From positions 62,310,001-62,374,000 of the forward strand of contig NC_086379.1 of NCBI RefSeq assembly GCF_036588685.1: a stretch of DNA of 64,000 nucleotides, written 5' to 3'. The translations under genes were made by a program, and so were the position numbers. The notes beneath the pieces are model-generated. The model worked only from the letters and a program-made list of their open reading frames with translations. It was not told where the DNA came from and made no database searches. The DNA comes from Mytilus trossulus. Its lineage: Eukaryota. Shown piece after piece: positions 1 to 12,198 of this stretch; the stretch's first letter is position 1; every line of letters starts with the position of its first letter.

Positions 1-716
1 TATCACTTTATAAATCATTGTTTTAAAGTCGTGTATTGCATGTTCATTCTTTGACGTAGTTTTAATTAAGATAATGGGTACAGATACCCGAATTAAATAA
101 AAGACTTTAATTAATCTCGTTACAACCACTAGACTTCAAAGTTGATGCCATCTTCTGTTAAGGTCACGAAGAAGAAAGATTTGTTCTTAATTACCTTTGG
201 TCATTTAAATGCATGGAGATTTAAATGCTACTAATTATGACAGATTTGATAACTAAATATGTGAATTTATGAACAACCTGTAATCTGGCCATCTGCTAAC
301 AAGGGCAACACATATGTGGTTCAATCCATGTCTAGATCGAACCAGTCTTTAAAATTGGCATAAAACGCATGCTTATAGGTGTACAAAATAGAACAGGTTG
401 GCTAGGACAGTGACACTGTGAGCTATTACGTAAATGATTCGTCCGGGCGCTTCCGTTTTGTCTGACATATGGTTCTGCAAAGTAGTTCGAGCGGGAGAAA
501 GTATTCGAAATTGCCTCTGAAAAGATGATGAATTTTGCCTTACGTAGGTTTAGTTACGATAATGGGTACAGATACCCAAATTAAACGTTCTCGTTCTAGC
601 TGAACGTGTTTACGTATTTATGCATCCCTATCAGATTAATATAACGGAAGTCCATCTTTAACGTGCTTTTTACTGCCGGATAGTTTAGCATCTATATATA
701 TATATATATATATATA

Positions 717-1100
717 CAACTCGTCTAAACATCAACCCAACAATGTTAGATCTGTTAATTTGCTTTCGCAAATTTTTGGTTCTTCCCTCGCCGGGATTCG
801 AACCCATGCTACTGTGATATCGTGACACCAAATCGCCTGCACTGCAGCCGTCCCGCTAGACCACACGACCACCTGAGCTCTCAAAAAAAGAGCTTTCGGT
901 GGGCATGTGTTACCTTTCTACGTCAGTTTTAATCTAGCGGCGTACTACAGTACATGATATATAAGGCATGAAGATGTTATTGTTACAGATCAGCTAAATT
1001 ATCTATAGTAAAGGATCCTACAAATTAATGTAATATACAGTCACAGAAAATAATTATATTCATAAGTACGTCTGAGTCAGTGACAACTCTACAACAGATG
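717..1100 (-). mobile_element. tRNA-derived SINE-like element embedded in a (TA)n microsatellite
   Basis: Minus strand has a Pol III A-box-like TGGTCGTGTGG (861-871) and a B box GGTTCGAATCC (794-804) separated by too long a non-cloverleaf spacer for a tRNA; bounded by (TA)n at 693-716 and 1101-1115. Confidence 0.65.
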
Positions 1101-1757
1101 TATATATATATATATCGCAGTCAATGTTTCACTTTTTTTTCCATGTAACGTAATTGATAGATTAACATTTAGTTAAAATCTCCATAAAATAAAAAAAATA
1201 TAGTTTCTCCCAATAAATCCGAAATTTCTCTGATTTAGTTTCTTAAAAGATTATAAGATAAAAGATGAACCTCTTTGTTTTCATGGAAATGCACAAAAAA
1301 TAATCGAATCGATCATTTCTATTACAATCTATACCTATCGTATTTACTTATTACGGTTACTACAATTTTTTTCTCATTATCACTACTTTTAAATATTGAA
1401 ACAGTGTTCAAATAATGATATCCATTCTGTAACTATACATTAAAAACAAAGAGTCAACATTTATTGACAACTGATTTTTCCTTGGATTGATAGAGTTTGA
1501 GTTCGTCAATGTTTATGAACTTCAAATTTTTGAATTTGCCTTGAAGTTCAATATTTTTGTTTATTTTTTTTTCTCACAAGAAATGATTTAGAGCTCGAAA
1601 TTGTCTGTACACCTATACCGTCATTTGATGTGTTATGATTGCCAATGAGATCAAATGACTGACTTCAATCAGTCTTAATGGTTTCTACCAAGAAGTCAAC
1701 AAAATATCACCAATTTATCACTGATGAAGTGTATTCAAATATATAGAAGACAACATT

Positions 1758-2486
1758 TTAGGTTTCTGCAAAAGCTAATGGAAAATAAAAGAAAATGGCC
1801 ACAACAATTGTCATAATCAGGAACAAAAGGAAAAATGTCCAGTCTAAAACACCTCCTACATCTTGCCATTGCATCTCATCCCAGTCTGTGTATTCTTCTG
1901 TCACACTCTCATCGTCGTCATCTTTATCAAACTCGTCATCTCCCCATTCATCAGAACTATCACCTATTTTACTCTTTCGTTTCTTTTTAGAACAACAATT
2001 TTTACCCTTCTGGCATTTAAGGAAGGCTGTAACATGTTTAAGCCAAACTGGAATGGCTGTAGCCTCTTCTTGAGAATATACTCTCAAGGTCAAGGTCGCC
2101 ATGGCCATCGATAGTGAGCTCATAACTAACATTAATGTCAGATAGATGCTCAAAATTGTGATTGGACTTGACGAACGTGGAATGTTATCAGCTATCATTG
2201 TAATATAAATAACCAGAGATAAGAAGGTAACAACCGAGTAGGCAATTCTTTCTCCCGATTCTGCTGGCATCAGGTATGAAAGACTGCTTAAAATACACAA
2301 TATCAGAACCGGTAAGGCGTAATTGATGAGAACATTTCCGGGACGTCTGGATATTCGTAGATTAAATGTTAAATATGACGCTCCATTTATTGTACTTGTT
2401 GATATAGAGGTTTGGTCAATCCACCACTGAACGTTTTCTGCGAAGTAGGTCAGCTCTATTGCAGAGGTAGAGTTCTCAAGTTTAAC
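1758..2486 (-). CDS. Cys-loop ligand-gated ion channel subunit 1 (nAChR-like, non-alpha), exon 2: loops F/C and M1-M4
   Basis: Acceptor ttttttattgctttaaAG|GTT at 2487/2486; joins in phase 0 to exon 1 giving FTPLGYLEDQ|VKLENSTS, collinear with paralogues; pre-M1 RRP, M2 PAESGERIAYSVVTFL, MA motif WQDVGGVLD. Joined protein 419 aa. Confidence 0.92.
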   Translation of the reverse strand, partial: VKLENSTSAIELTYFAENVQWWIDQTSISTSTINGASYLTFNLRISRRPGNVLINYALPVLILCILSSLSYLMPAESGERIAYSVVTFLSLVIYITMIADNIPRSSSPITILSIYLTLMLVMSSLSMAMATLTLRVYSQEEATAIPVWLKHVTAFLKCQKGKNCCSKKKRKSKIGDSSDEWGDDEFDKDDDDESVTEEYTDWDEMQWQDVGGVLDWTFFLLFLIMTIVVAIFFYFPLAFAET

Positions 2487-2625
2487 CTTTAAAGCAATAA
2501 AAAACCATAACATATTAGCTTGCTTAAATAAGAAGCACAAGCACGTTTTCATTTTGAATCGACAATAAAAGAAAAAGGTGTACTAGGTTTATTACATCTA
2601 ATATTGATATACGATATAAACTGTA

Positions 2626-3060
2626 CACAGCCAATTTTGAATAGGTACTTAGTCTGTACCAAAAATCTGTAATACTGGAAATCTACTTTTCATATTCAGT
2701 ACTATTTTGTTACTTTAAAAGTATTGTAATATTTAGGTACCTGTATTTAACAGTACTTGATTTGTACTTGAAAATTTAAGTACTGCATATGTATGGTTAC
2801 AACGTTACATTTTAAGCATTTTGATAGTATGCCTGCTTCAAATCTCTTCATATTATGATATTTAAACATGGAATTTTGTATTCGCTTTTGGTATTATTTC
2901 TATACCAAATTTTAAGTACAAATCAAGTACTGTAAATTACAGGTACGTAAATAGTACAATAATTTTAAAGTAAAGAAATAGTACTAAATATCAAAAGTAA
3001 ATTTTCAGTATTACAGATTTAAAGCACAAAAATAGTACCTAATATGCAAAATTGGCTGTG
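2626..3060. mobile_element. MITE with long imperfect terminal inverted repeats (CAC...GTG ends, TA target duplication) in the intron of subunit 1
   Basis: TA|CACAGCCAATTTTG ... CAAAATTGGCTGTG|TA; arms stay complementary for about 150 bp; the empty site rebuilds AAACTGTAGTG, the motif of the adjacent minisatellite. Confidence 0.88.
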
Positions 3061-3084
3061 TAGTGTATATCATAAACTAATACG

Positions 3085-4040
3085 ATGTAAACTGTAGTGT
3101 AGCCTACACTTACACGATACATGTTTAATGTAAACTGTAGTGAGTTAAACACCTGTATGATGTTACCTGTAGTGAGTTTTACACTTCTATGATGTTATCT
3201 GTAGTGATTTATACACTTGTATGATGTAAGCTGTAGTGATTTATACACTTGTATGATGTAAGCTGTAATATAGCCTACATGTACGATGTATGTATGATGT
3301 AAGCTGTAATGTAGCCTACATGTACGATATACCTATAATGTAAACTGTAGTGAGTTTTACACTTCAATGATGTAATCTGATGTGAGTTATACCTTTGTAT
3401 AATGTAAACTGTAGGGTAGTCTACACTTGAACGATATTCGTATAATATAAACTGAAGCGAGTTATACACTTGTATTATGTAAACTGTAATGTAGCCTACA
3501 TGTTTATGATGTATGTATGACGTAATGTAAACTTTAGTGTTGTCAACACTTGTATGATGTATGTTTGATGTAAACTATAATGTAGCCTACACTTGTACAA
3601 AGAAGATTTGACGAAACTGTAGTGAGTTATACATTTTTATAATGTAAACTGTAGTGAGTTATATATTTTTATAATGTAAACTGTAGTGAGTTATACATTT
3701 TTATAATGTAAACTGTAGTGAGTTATACATTTTTATAATGTAAACTGTAGTGAGTTATACACTTGTATAATGTAAACTGTAGTGAGTTATACACTTGTAT
3801 AATGTAAACTGAAGTGAGTTATATTTGTATAATGTAAACTGTAGTGAGTTATACATTTTTATAATGTAAACTGTAGTGAGTTATACATTTTTATAATGTA
3901 AACTGTAGTGAGTTATACACTTGTATAATGTAAACTGAAGTGAGTTATACACTTGTATAATGTAAACTGAAGTGAGTTATACATTTGTATAATGTAAACT
4001 GTAGTGAGTTATATACTTTTATAATGCAAACTGTAGTGTA
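3085..4040. repeat. Minisatellite, ~32-bp unit AATGTAAACTGTAGTGAGTTATACATTTTTAT
   Basis: Tandem copies visible, most homogeneous at 3615-4040 and degenerate towards 3085. Confidence 0.92.
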
Positions 4041-4079
4041 GCCTTGAATTGTGACCTTCACTTGTACTTAGTGTAATGA

Positions 4080-4470
4080 AGCCTATACTTGTTCGATGTG
4101 AGTTTGTAGTCCTATAGTTTTACGATGTGAGTTTGTAGTCCTATAGTTTTACGATGTGAGTTGTAGCCCTATAGTTTTACGATGTGAGTTTGTAGTCCTA
4201 TAGTTTTACGATGTGAGTTGTAGCCTATAGTTTTACGATGTGAGTTGTAGCCTATAGTTTTACGATGTGAGTTGTAGCCTATAGTTTTACGATGTGAGTT
4301 GTAGCCTATAGTTTTACAATGTGAGTTGTAGCCTATAGTTTTACAATGTGAGTTGTAGCCTATAGTTTTACGATGTGAGTTGTAGCCTATATTTTTACGA
4401 TGAAAGTAGTAGCCTATAGTTTTATGATGTGAATTATAGCTAACACGATACGGTGTAAGTTGTAGCCTAT
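4080..4470. repeat. Minisatellite, 27-29-bp unit ACGATGTGAGTTGTAGCCTATAGTTTT
   Basis: Tandem copies visible; shares GATGT and TGTAGCCTA words with the neighbouring array. Confidence 0.92.
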
Positions 4471-4655
4471 TTTTGTTTAAGGCTACTGTTCATTACTTAC
4501 AAGTGAATGCTGTTCATTTCATAAATTAAGTGTAAAGTATTGTTCATTCCATGAAAGTGAAGACTTCTGTATATTACTAATAATGTAGACTATTATTCAT
4601 TCCTGATAAACTAGTGAGAGAAAAATAGTTGTAAATAAGTCTGTTAAATATTTAC

Positions 4656-5186
4656 CTGATCTTCCAAATAACCTAACGGTGTAAACTGGAGCTGGCATGT
4701 ATGTGTATCGAAAGGATAATGTGACATCGTAATTTTACAGCTAGTCTTTGATACTATTCCTACTTTCCATGTGTGCGTTCCGTCCTTATTTACTCGGATT
4801 TTATTACTCCTGTAACCTAAGGTTTGGAGTGTTTCAACTGTATTGTGTATGGAAATAGGTGGTAACCAAACGTTGTCTTGACCAATCATCATTTCATCTA
4901 TACCAGCAGCCCAGCCCGTCAACAAATCATTGGTCCAAGATGCTTCTATAAATCCAACTAAATGTATTTGTCCATGTGCTTCGTCCATCTTATTTATAGC
5001 AATTAGTGAATACTTCATTGAAACAATCATCTGATCTGATTGTGTTGCCTTTGGATAAATCTTTTTATTGTAAGATGTGTATTCCGTTCCTGATAGAAAT
5101 GACTGGAAATCTGTATTTGATGCACATAGAATGGTACTGAATAACGAAGTTATCAAAATAACACAAATATACATTGTTCTAAGCAT
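4656..5186 (-). CDS. Cys-loop ligand-gated ion channel subunit 1, exon 1: signal peptide and extracellular domain
   Basis: Hydrophobic N-terminus, WLPPISIHN (loop A), Cys loop CKITMSHYPFDTHTC; donor CAG|GTAAAT at 4656/4655 after 177 codons. Confidence 0.92.
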
Positions 5187-5664
5187 TTTTTAAAAATAAG
5201 ATTTTTGGTACATTCGGTTTTTAAAACAATAGAAAAATATAAGTATTAAAACGTTTGTAAATAAAAAGTAATAACTCTTTCGCTTCACTGGATGGGTTAA
5301 GATAAACTGTCATTGTTTTATGATTCGCGCTAATTATTTTGAATAAAGGATAGCGAAAAAACGACACCAAACAGAATAACTATTTAAAAAAAGAATAATG
5401 ATCATGTGTTGGTACCCAAATAGTTTATTTTTACTGACGACTTCATAAAGGCTTTAAAGAAATTTACGTGTAAATGAAAACGAAAAAAGTGGTGACCAAG
5501 GGGTTAAATTGGGAGCTTGATTTAAATAAACAGAAAATGTCCAACAGCTTGAACAATTCCTAAAAAAGATTGCTATCATGTTGTAAAAAAATGACAAAAT
5601 TACAAAGAAATATGGCAAACACTTACAAAACATGTTAGCAAAACAAAACAAAACTAGTATGATA

Positions 5665-6812
5665 TAAAAGAGGGACGAAAAATACCAAAGGGACAGTCAA
5701 ACTCATAAATATAAAACAAACTGACAACGCCATGGCTAAAAATGAAAAAGACAAACAGACAAACAATAGTACACATGACACAACATAAAAAACCAAAGAA
5801 TAAACAACATGAACCCCACCAAAAACTAGGGGTGATCTCAGGTTCTCCGGAAGGGTAAGCAGATCCTGCTCCACATGTGGCACCCGTCGTGTTGCTTATG
5901 TGATATAAAATCCGATGAATAGTCTAATTCGGTAGGTCACATTCATGAAAGGGAAGGGGATTGTAGTAACGACGTAAGGAACATATCCGATATCATTTTT
6001 GAAACGGTTATTCTATAACGGTCAACCAACTCGTGATGGCGTCCGTAAAATTTACGAAGGGGCGATTTCAACTTCACCATTTGAAACTCTTGGTTTAATA
6101 GCTTCCTTGTGAGCAGCAACCCTCTATCAAGAGAATCATGATATGAAATGCAAGCACGGGAATATCGTATCAATTGGGATATATACCCCGTATGCAGGTG
6201 CTGCTGGAATGTTGCTACTTAGAAATGGAAAGTTCACAATTGGAAAGCTGAAATCATCTCTTTTGTCGTAAAGTTTTGTTTTCAACCGACCCTCATTGTC
6301 AATTTCTAGATGTAAGTCAAGATATAAAGCCGACTTAACTTATCTGTAGTATCCTTTATCTCTAGTTCAATGGTATAGATGCGTTCCACATAGTCACCAA
6401 ATTTTGAATTATTTAGTGAAAGAACATCATCGATATAGCGGAAAGTAGAGTTAAAGGATATTGCTAACTTCTTATCTTTCTTCCTAAGAAGTTCCTGCAT
6501 GAAGTCAGCCTCATAATAATAAAGAAATAAGTCGGCAAGTAGAGGGGCACAGTTTGTTCCTTTTGGAATGCCGACAGTCTGTTGAAAAACACGTCCTCCG
6601 AAAGTAACAAATATGTTGTCAATCAATAAATCAAGCATCTTGATAATATCAGTTTCAGAGATTTTTTTGTTTGAATCAGAGTGATCCTTTACAAAGTAGG
6701 ATTTATTCCTTTCTAAGACAAGATACTTGTATCTACGTTGGCCATTCTTTTTTATGAAGCAAAGCAATACCAACTCTTTCAATTTGTCTTTTAATTTGGA
6801 ATGTGGAATACT
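5665..6812 (-). mobile_element. 5'-truncated Penelope-like retroelement: C-terminal RT region plus 3' module, frameshifted
   Basis: QTVGIPKGTNCAPLLADLFL and FRYIDD RT motifs, then after a frameshift near 6340 LYDKRDDFSFPIVNFPFLSSNIPAAPAYGVYISQLIRYSRAC, typical of Penelope-like RT thumb; no GIY-YIG domain follows; 3' module (about 5665-5940) recurs elsewhere in the window. Confidence 0.8.
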
Positions 6813-6839
6813 TTTTAATGAGTGTCAGCTAACCGTTTA

Positions 6840-8559
6840 GACGTTACGCACGATATTGCGTCCCATTGGTAACGTCAAAATTTGACGTTTTACGTCGGTT
6901 ATCCAGTATTCTTTGTTCGTTTTGATTGTATTCATTTTTGGTCGATATGGATACTTCAAAGTCTCGAATATGTATGAAATATTTGCTACTGGTAGATACG
7001 CAAGCAAATGAACTTTTCGGACTTCTAATTCGGCTTGTGTTGTATTTTTCTTTATATTCATTTTAACTTTTATTTTTTTACTCTTTTCTTTTTAGTTTCT
7101 TTATCTCTTAACAATATTTAATTCTCTCTGTCTCGGATATGAAATTCTTTTGTTCTGTAATTAATATTTTACCTATTTAAAGTATTTATTGACAAATTAC
7201 CATATGTTTTTTTTTTCATTTTAGATAGTTATTCATTTCTATTTGATTATAACTACTTTTATATATTGCAGTTCTTATCGTGGTTTCTATGATTCTATCT
7301 ATTTTCGAAATTTGTAATTTGGTTATTTTGTTTTGTCCTCTGATCTTAAAACATAAAATCGGACCGTACTTATTATTTAAAAACAATGAAATATCGTTCA
7401 TATATCATATGATAATACGAACTGTTTTCAAATTCGATGGCCTAGGAGGATGATTGGCCTAATGAGTTCATATAAAGTGATAAAAAGCATGGTAATTTTA
7501 AGATACGCTCGTGGCGAGATTTGTTCGACTCCGATCCTAATCGACAGTTATTGCAACTATTTTAACTTAAGGTCGCCTGATGTTCGGCTACTCCTACCTT
7601 TGATGACAGGTCAATAGAATACAACAAATGTCGCTTATACATGTAGTGGTGTTTACCACCAAAACAAAGAACAAACTTTTAGAAATAATTTGAAAACACA
7701 AAAAAGTCATATATGTATAGCGTCCCGAATCGAAAACGTTCAAAACGTAAGAAAATTGCTCAGTGGACAAACTTGCAAGACATTTGATTTGTAAAAAAAC
7801 GAAGTCATTTCGACTTAACAGCTTATCAAAAAGTATGTTATCGTATTGTGGGATGAGAGCACAATTACGAAAAAGCACTGTTTTATATGCTACAAATTGA
7901 ATATTTAATAAAATGACGTTGAAACTGACGGTGTTTTTGTAAAAAGCGGCGAAATTCGACAATGGACAATCTTGCAAGACATTTTCCCGAGGCCAATGCG
8001 TTTTTATTTGTGGTGCGAGTGCTGTAAAATTCCGGATTTGAAATGGTCTATCTAAGCACATTTGTAGGAATAATTTATAAAAACAAAATTTTATATCATC
8101 TGATATTTTAAAAAGCGATAAATTTTGATAACTTAGCATTTTCAGAAACCTGACCATGGCGAGGATTATTCATTTTTGAAAAAATAAATTTTTACCGTTC
8201 GATCAACACAAAAAACCGCAATGGCGTCATAAATTATATTAGACGTTTATCATTCATGCGAATTTTCGCGGATTTTAAACTTTTTATTAGACCACAAAAA
8301 ATCCCGCAAAAGTTATTTTGCGAATAATTTGTTACGTCTGACACGCATATTTTTGACGTTTTTGGTAATATTTGTATCATTATTTGAAACTATTATGAAA
8401 AGTTAAAGAATATTTTTAATATTTTTGGAAACAGTAATACCTGCCTTATCTATGGATATAAATTTCATAAAGCTGAACTAGTTAGTTTTCATAGAAAGAC
8501 TATTTATCAAATTGCTCTGTCGCATTTCACGGCATTGACGCAATAACGTGCTAAACGTC
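6840..8559. mobile_element. Non-autonomous TIR DNA transposon, PIF/Harbinger-like (TTA target duplication)
   Basis: 23-bp TIRs GACGTTACGCACGATATTGCGTC / GACGCAATAACGTGCTAAACGTC (20/23 complementary), flanked by TTA at 6837-6839 and 8560-8562; no transposase recognised. Confidence 0.7.
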
Positions 8560-10079
8560 TTAGCGCTCATGTTCAGCTTTATGTCACCTTTCATTCACAT
8601 TTTGATCTCCCTTTGGTATCCATAAACCAATTTTCTCTGTCCGCTTTAGATCTATAAATAAGGGTAATAAAATTCAGATAGTTCTGGTGACAATGCATTA
8701 TAATAAAAAAAATACATTATATATAATCTAAATGTATCTACTAGGAAACTACGTGTGGGTCGGGGGGTTGGGGTGTATCAATGAAATAGCTCGTGCAAAA
8801 TAATGATTTTTTTCATTTATCTAACAGACAAATTGAAAATATATCTTCCATTGAACTGTTACCTTGTAAACTGGCACCCGGCTTTGAAATGCAGACTAAG
8901 GTTAAAGCAGGGTTCTTATTCGTCTTATAGAGAAATATTCTCTTTTCTGATGTGCATGCCAAAAAAAATAACACTTTATGAATTTCATGCGTTCGAAGAG
9001 CTTTTCTGGATTTACATTCATCATGAACGCCCAACCAGCAGGGAGCGAAAGTAAGGGATTTAAAATTACGTAGACACGTTAGAAGATATACATTATATAA
9101 TTAGAATGGACAAAAACAGAATAGCTAAAAGCTAAGGGAAACGATGTAACTGAACGATAAAACCACGATTATCTGCATGTAAAATATAAAATGTCTAAAA
9201 TTGAGTAACACGTACCAATTAAATCATGCCAATGTGTTGAAAAATCGGCTTCTGTACGGCCAGTTCATAAAGGACAGATATTAACCAGCAGAGGCACCGA
9301 TCTGGAATCTAATAACTAATAATTAGTACTCTTCCAATAAAAATGAATAGAATAGTCAAAAATTCTACAGAGAGTAACCAACTCTATATTATCATATGTA
9401 GTCAAGTAAGTTGTCAATTTAAGGTTGAAGGATACTTTCATGAACAGGGAGATATCCTTGGTATTTGATGTTTTTTTTTATAATTGTATCTACTTGCACT
9501 TCTGCACGCACTTGCATCTTAACCGTTTTGCTGGTTTAATTAATGTTGTTGTGCTATGTAGCTGTGTCTTTTAGATACTCTACATCTATCTTAATTCATA
9601 ATGAATAGCGACAGAAAAATTATCTCCAATTTGTTGTAACACAACCTTATACATTTCTCACACTGCCTGTGACTTCTTTACACAAAATTCGTTGTGTATG
9701 TTTAAAGATTACATTTTAGTCTGAGAGAACACCATTTATCTATTAGTTGTTATTGGCATTGAAGGTTTCAGTAATTTCGAGTACTCTAATATCGGTGTTT
9801 TGTGTCTTGTTTATGCTAGTTATTTTTCCTCGTACTGATTGTGTGAGTAAATCATTTGAACTCGGATTTCTCATTGGCAATCATACCACATCTTCTAATT
9901 TATTTTCATATTAAAGAGCAGCTCCACACGATAAATGTGTTTTGGCATTCTTTGAGAAATGGTATATATTTAAAAGACCATAAGTCCTTCCATACATCCA
10001 AATAGGGGCAAATGAAATTTACAACACTTAACCTTTGCATAGTCTTTAGTTTTCTATTTTGTGTCATGTGAACTGTTGG

Positions 10080-10268
10080 ACCGTTGGTTTTCCCGTTTGA
10101 ATGGCTTTACACTAGTAATATTGGGGCCCTTTATAGCTTGTTGTTCGGTGTGAGCCAAGGCTCCGTGTTGAAGACCGTACTTTTTAACTTATAATGGTTT
10201 ACTCTTTAAATTGTTATTTGGATGGAGAGTTGTCTCATTGGCACTCACACCACATCTTCCTATATCTG
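10080..10268 (+). repeat. Interspersed SINE-like repeat, family B
   Basis: TTTCCCGTTTGAATGG...GGGGCCCTTTATAGCT...CACATCTTCCTATATCT recurs in reverse orientation at about 62864-63130; short tail fragments near 9870, 17810 and 51680. Confidence 0.7.
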
Positions 10269-10860
10269 TTAACTGTTTGTTTTTTTTCCTTTTATAACCA
10301 TGGCGTTCTCAGTTTATTTTCGATCTATGAGTTTGACTGTCCCTCTGGTATCTTTCGCCCCTCTTTGCAAACATGTTATCTATCATTCTATTCACGATAC
10401 TTTACTATTTCTTGTGGTATATTCTTCTTTATGATTAAAAAAGTGAAAACTCTTTCTAGATATTTTAATACGAAATTTTTAATAATAAAACATTTGATGA
10501 AATGTAGATAATATGTACGAAAACTTAATATGTATACCTATACAGAATTTAAAACGTCTTCTTATCTGCAAGTACATGTATATGGTTTTGTAATTAAGAA
10601 ACAATTATTTTTTAACTCTTTTTTGTCTGTCGAGTTCTGCATAATTTTACTGAAACACTTTTTTTTTAACGATTTTTTTTTATTTACTCCCCTTCAAAGC
10701 AAATTTTGGCACAGAAATTCAAGCAAATAAACTACATATATTTTGTCATGAAAAGACCTTAAAAACTGAAACTGGTTATGCCCGATATTTCTTAAATAAT
10801 GAACTTGAAACAAAATGTATAAGTAAACAAGAAAATAACAAACAAATCATTTGTGCCAGT

Positions 10861-12198
10861 CTACTGGTAATAATGAGCAAGCAATGGCGTCATAAAAATC
10901 ATAGTCAAAAGGAAATTGACAATAATAAATACAACAAAACATATTTTATCAAATGTCCTTGCTACATGTTTCCATGTAATTTCATAATCGTTCTTGTATA
11001 CTTTATCATCTTTCCGGATAACAATAGGAGCAAAATCTTCCTCGTATTCGGTTTGAAATTTCGGATGAGAAAAGAAGTTATCGTCGTTGTCATCATATTC
11101 CGATAAAGTCAGAGGAGTTACCTTGTTTTGGCGCGAAAGATCATGCTTGTGTTTGTTTTCATAGCAACCGCAACATGCAATAAAACGGACTATTCTCTGC
11201 GGAACCATATTTCGAGGATCTTTACTGTGAATAGTCAATGATAAAATAGCTAGATAAGTAAGAACAGAGACGACAAGAATCATCGTTGTAAAATAAAATG
11301 ACAAAATGGACATTTGTGTCGACGACTTTGGCAATGATCCGGTGACCATAGCCATAAGAATTGAGATTGAAAGGAAAACAAACATGGCGAATCCGACCCT
11401 TTCTCCAGAACCTGCCGGTACAAGGAATATGAGGTTACTCAAGAATACTAACATCAGAAAAGGTAAAAAATGCGTCAGCAAAAAGTACTTTGGATTTCTC
11501 TGCAGTGTTAGCTCGAAGTGTGCAAAAGACGTGCTCTCTTTGGTTTCTGTGTAAGGATCGTGCGATTTAAGGCGCCATAATTCATGCTCGTTATAGTATG
11601 AAGTGTCTAAACTTTCGTTGGTAATTGAAATATTAACTTCTGAATCCTTGAAACCCCAAGGAGTAAATGTAATGTTACATTTCTGAGTATCAAAGGGGAA
11701 ATAAGTTGAATCTACTTGACAGTTTGTTTTGGATACAATAGAAGGCGACCATTTCATTACTGCAGATTCATCTTTGGTTGGCATCGAGATCCTTACATCT
11801 GTATTGGCATCTCCAATCATTGAAATATTTGAATGTGAATTAAAAATGCTGATGGTTGGTACCCACACAACGTCTCGAGGCACAGAAATTTCAGTAACAA
11901 AAGGCGGACCGGATACAGCGGATATTAAGTCATCATCCCAAGTTATATCCATGAGTCCATTTACCTCTAAGTATCCATCTGCTTCATTAAATTCTCCTAT
12001 GCTCACAAGTGTGAAATTCACATCCACAGTTATCTGGTCACTTTGTTCTTTTTTAGGGAAGATTTCATCGACAAAACAAGTTGTACAAGTTATAGCATTT
12101 GTATAAAAATTTAAAATATCCTGATATGATGGCGCTCCAGAAACTGGATAAAAGTATAAAATCAAAGTTAAAATCAACACTGTTTTAACCGTAGCCAT
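10861..12198 (-). CDS. Cys-loop ligand-gated ion channel subunit 2 (nAChR-like, non-alpha), single coding exon, 445 aa
   Basis: Signal peptide; WVPTISIFN; Cys loop CQVDSTYFPFDTQKC; loop B PWGF; M2 GSGERVGFAMFVFL; four TM helices; WKHVARTFD. Confidence 0.96.
   Translation of the reverse strand: MATVKTVLILTLILYFYPVSGAPSYQDILNFYTNAITCTTCFVDEIFPKKEQSDQITVDVNFTLVSIGEFNEADGYLEVNGLMDITWDDDLISAVSGPPFVTEISVPRDVVWVPTISIFNSHSNISMIGDANTDVRISMPTKDESAVMKWSPSIVSKTNCQVDSTYFPFDTQKCNITFTPWGFKDSEVNISITNESLDTSYYNEHELWRLKSHDPYTETKESTSFAHFELTLQRNPKYFLLTHFLPFLMLVFLSNLIFLVPAGSGERVGFAMFVFLSISILMAMVTGSLPKSSTQMSILSFYFTTMILVVSVLTYLAILSLTIHSKDPRNMVPQRIVRFIACCGCYENKHKHDLSRQNKVTPLTLSEYDDNDDNFFSHPKFQTEYEEDFAPIVIRKDDKVYKNDYEITWKHVARTFDKICFVVFIIVNFLLTMIFMTPLLAHYYQ

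Noticed and set aside
785-879. Functional tRNA gene
   Set aside because: A and B boxes are present but there is no proper acceptor stem or anticodon arm; better explained as a SINE head.
2487-2552. N-terminus MKTCLCF... of the 264-aa ORF as a separate TM-only gene (and the 180-aa ORF as a soluble AChBP-like protein)
   Set aside because: Canonical splice sites join the two ORFs in frame into one subunit collinear with its paralogues.
7594-8157. 187-aa ORF as a transposase or host gene
   Set aside because: No recognisable motif; lies inside a non-autonomous TIR element and has AT-driven composition.
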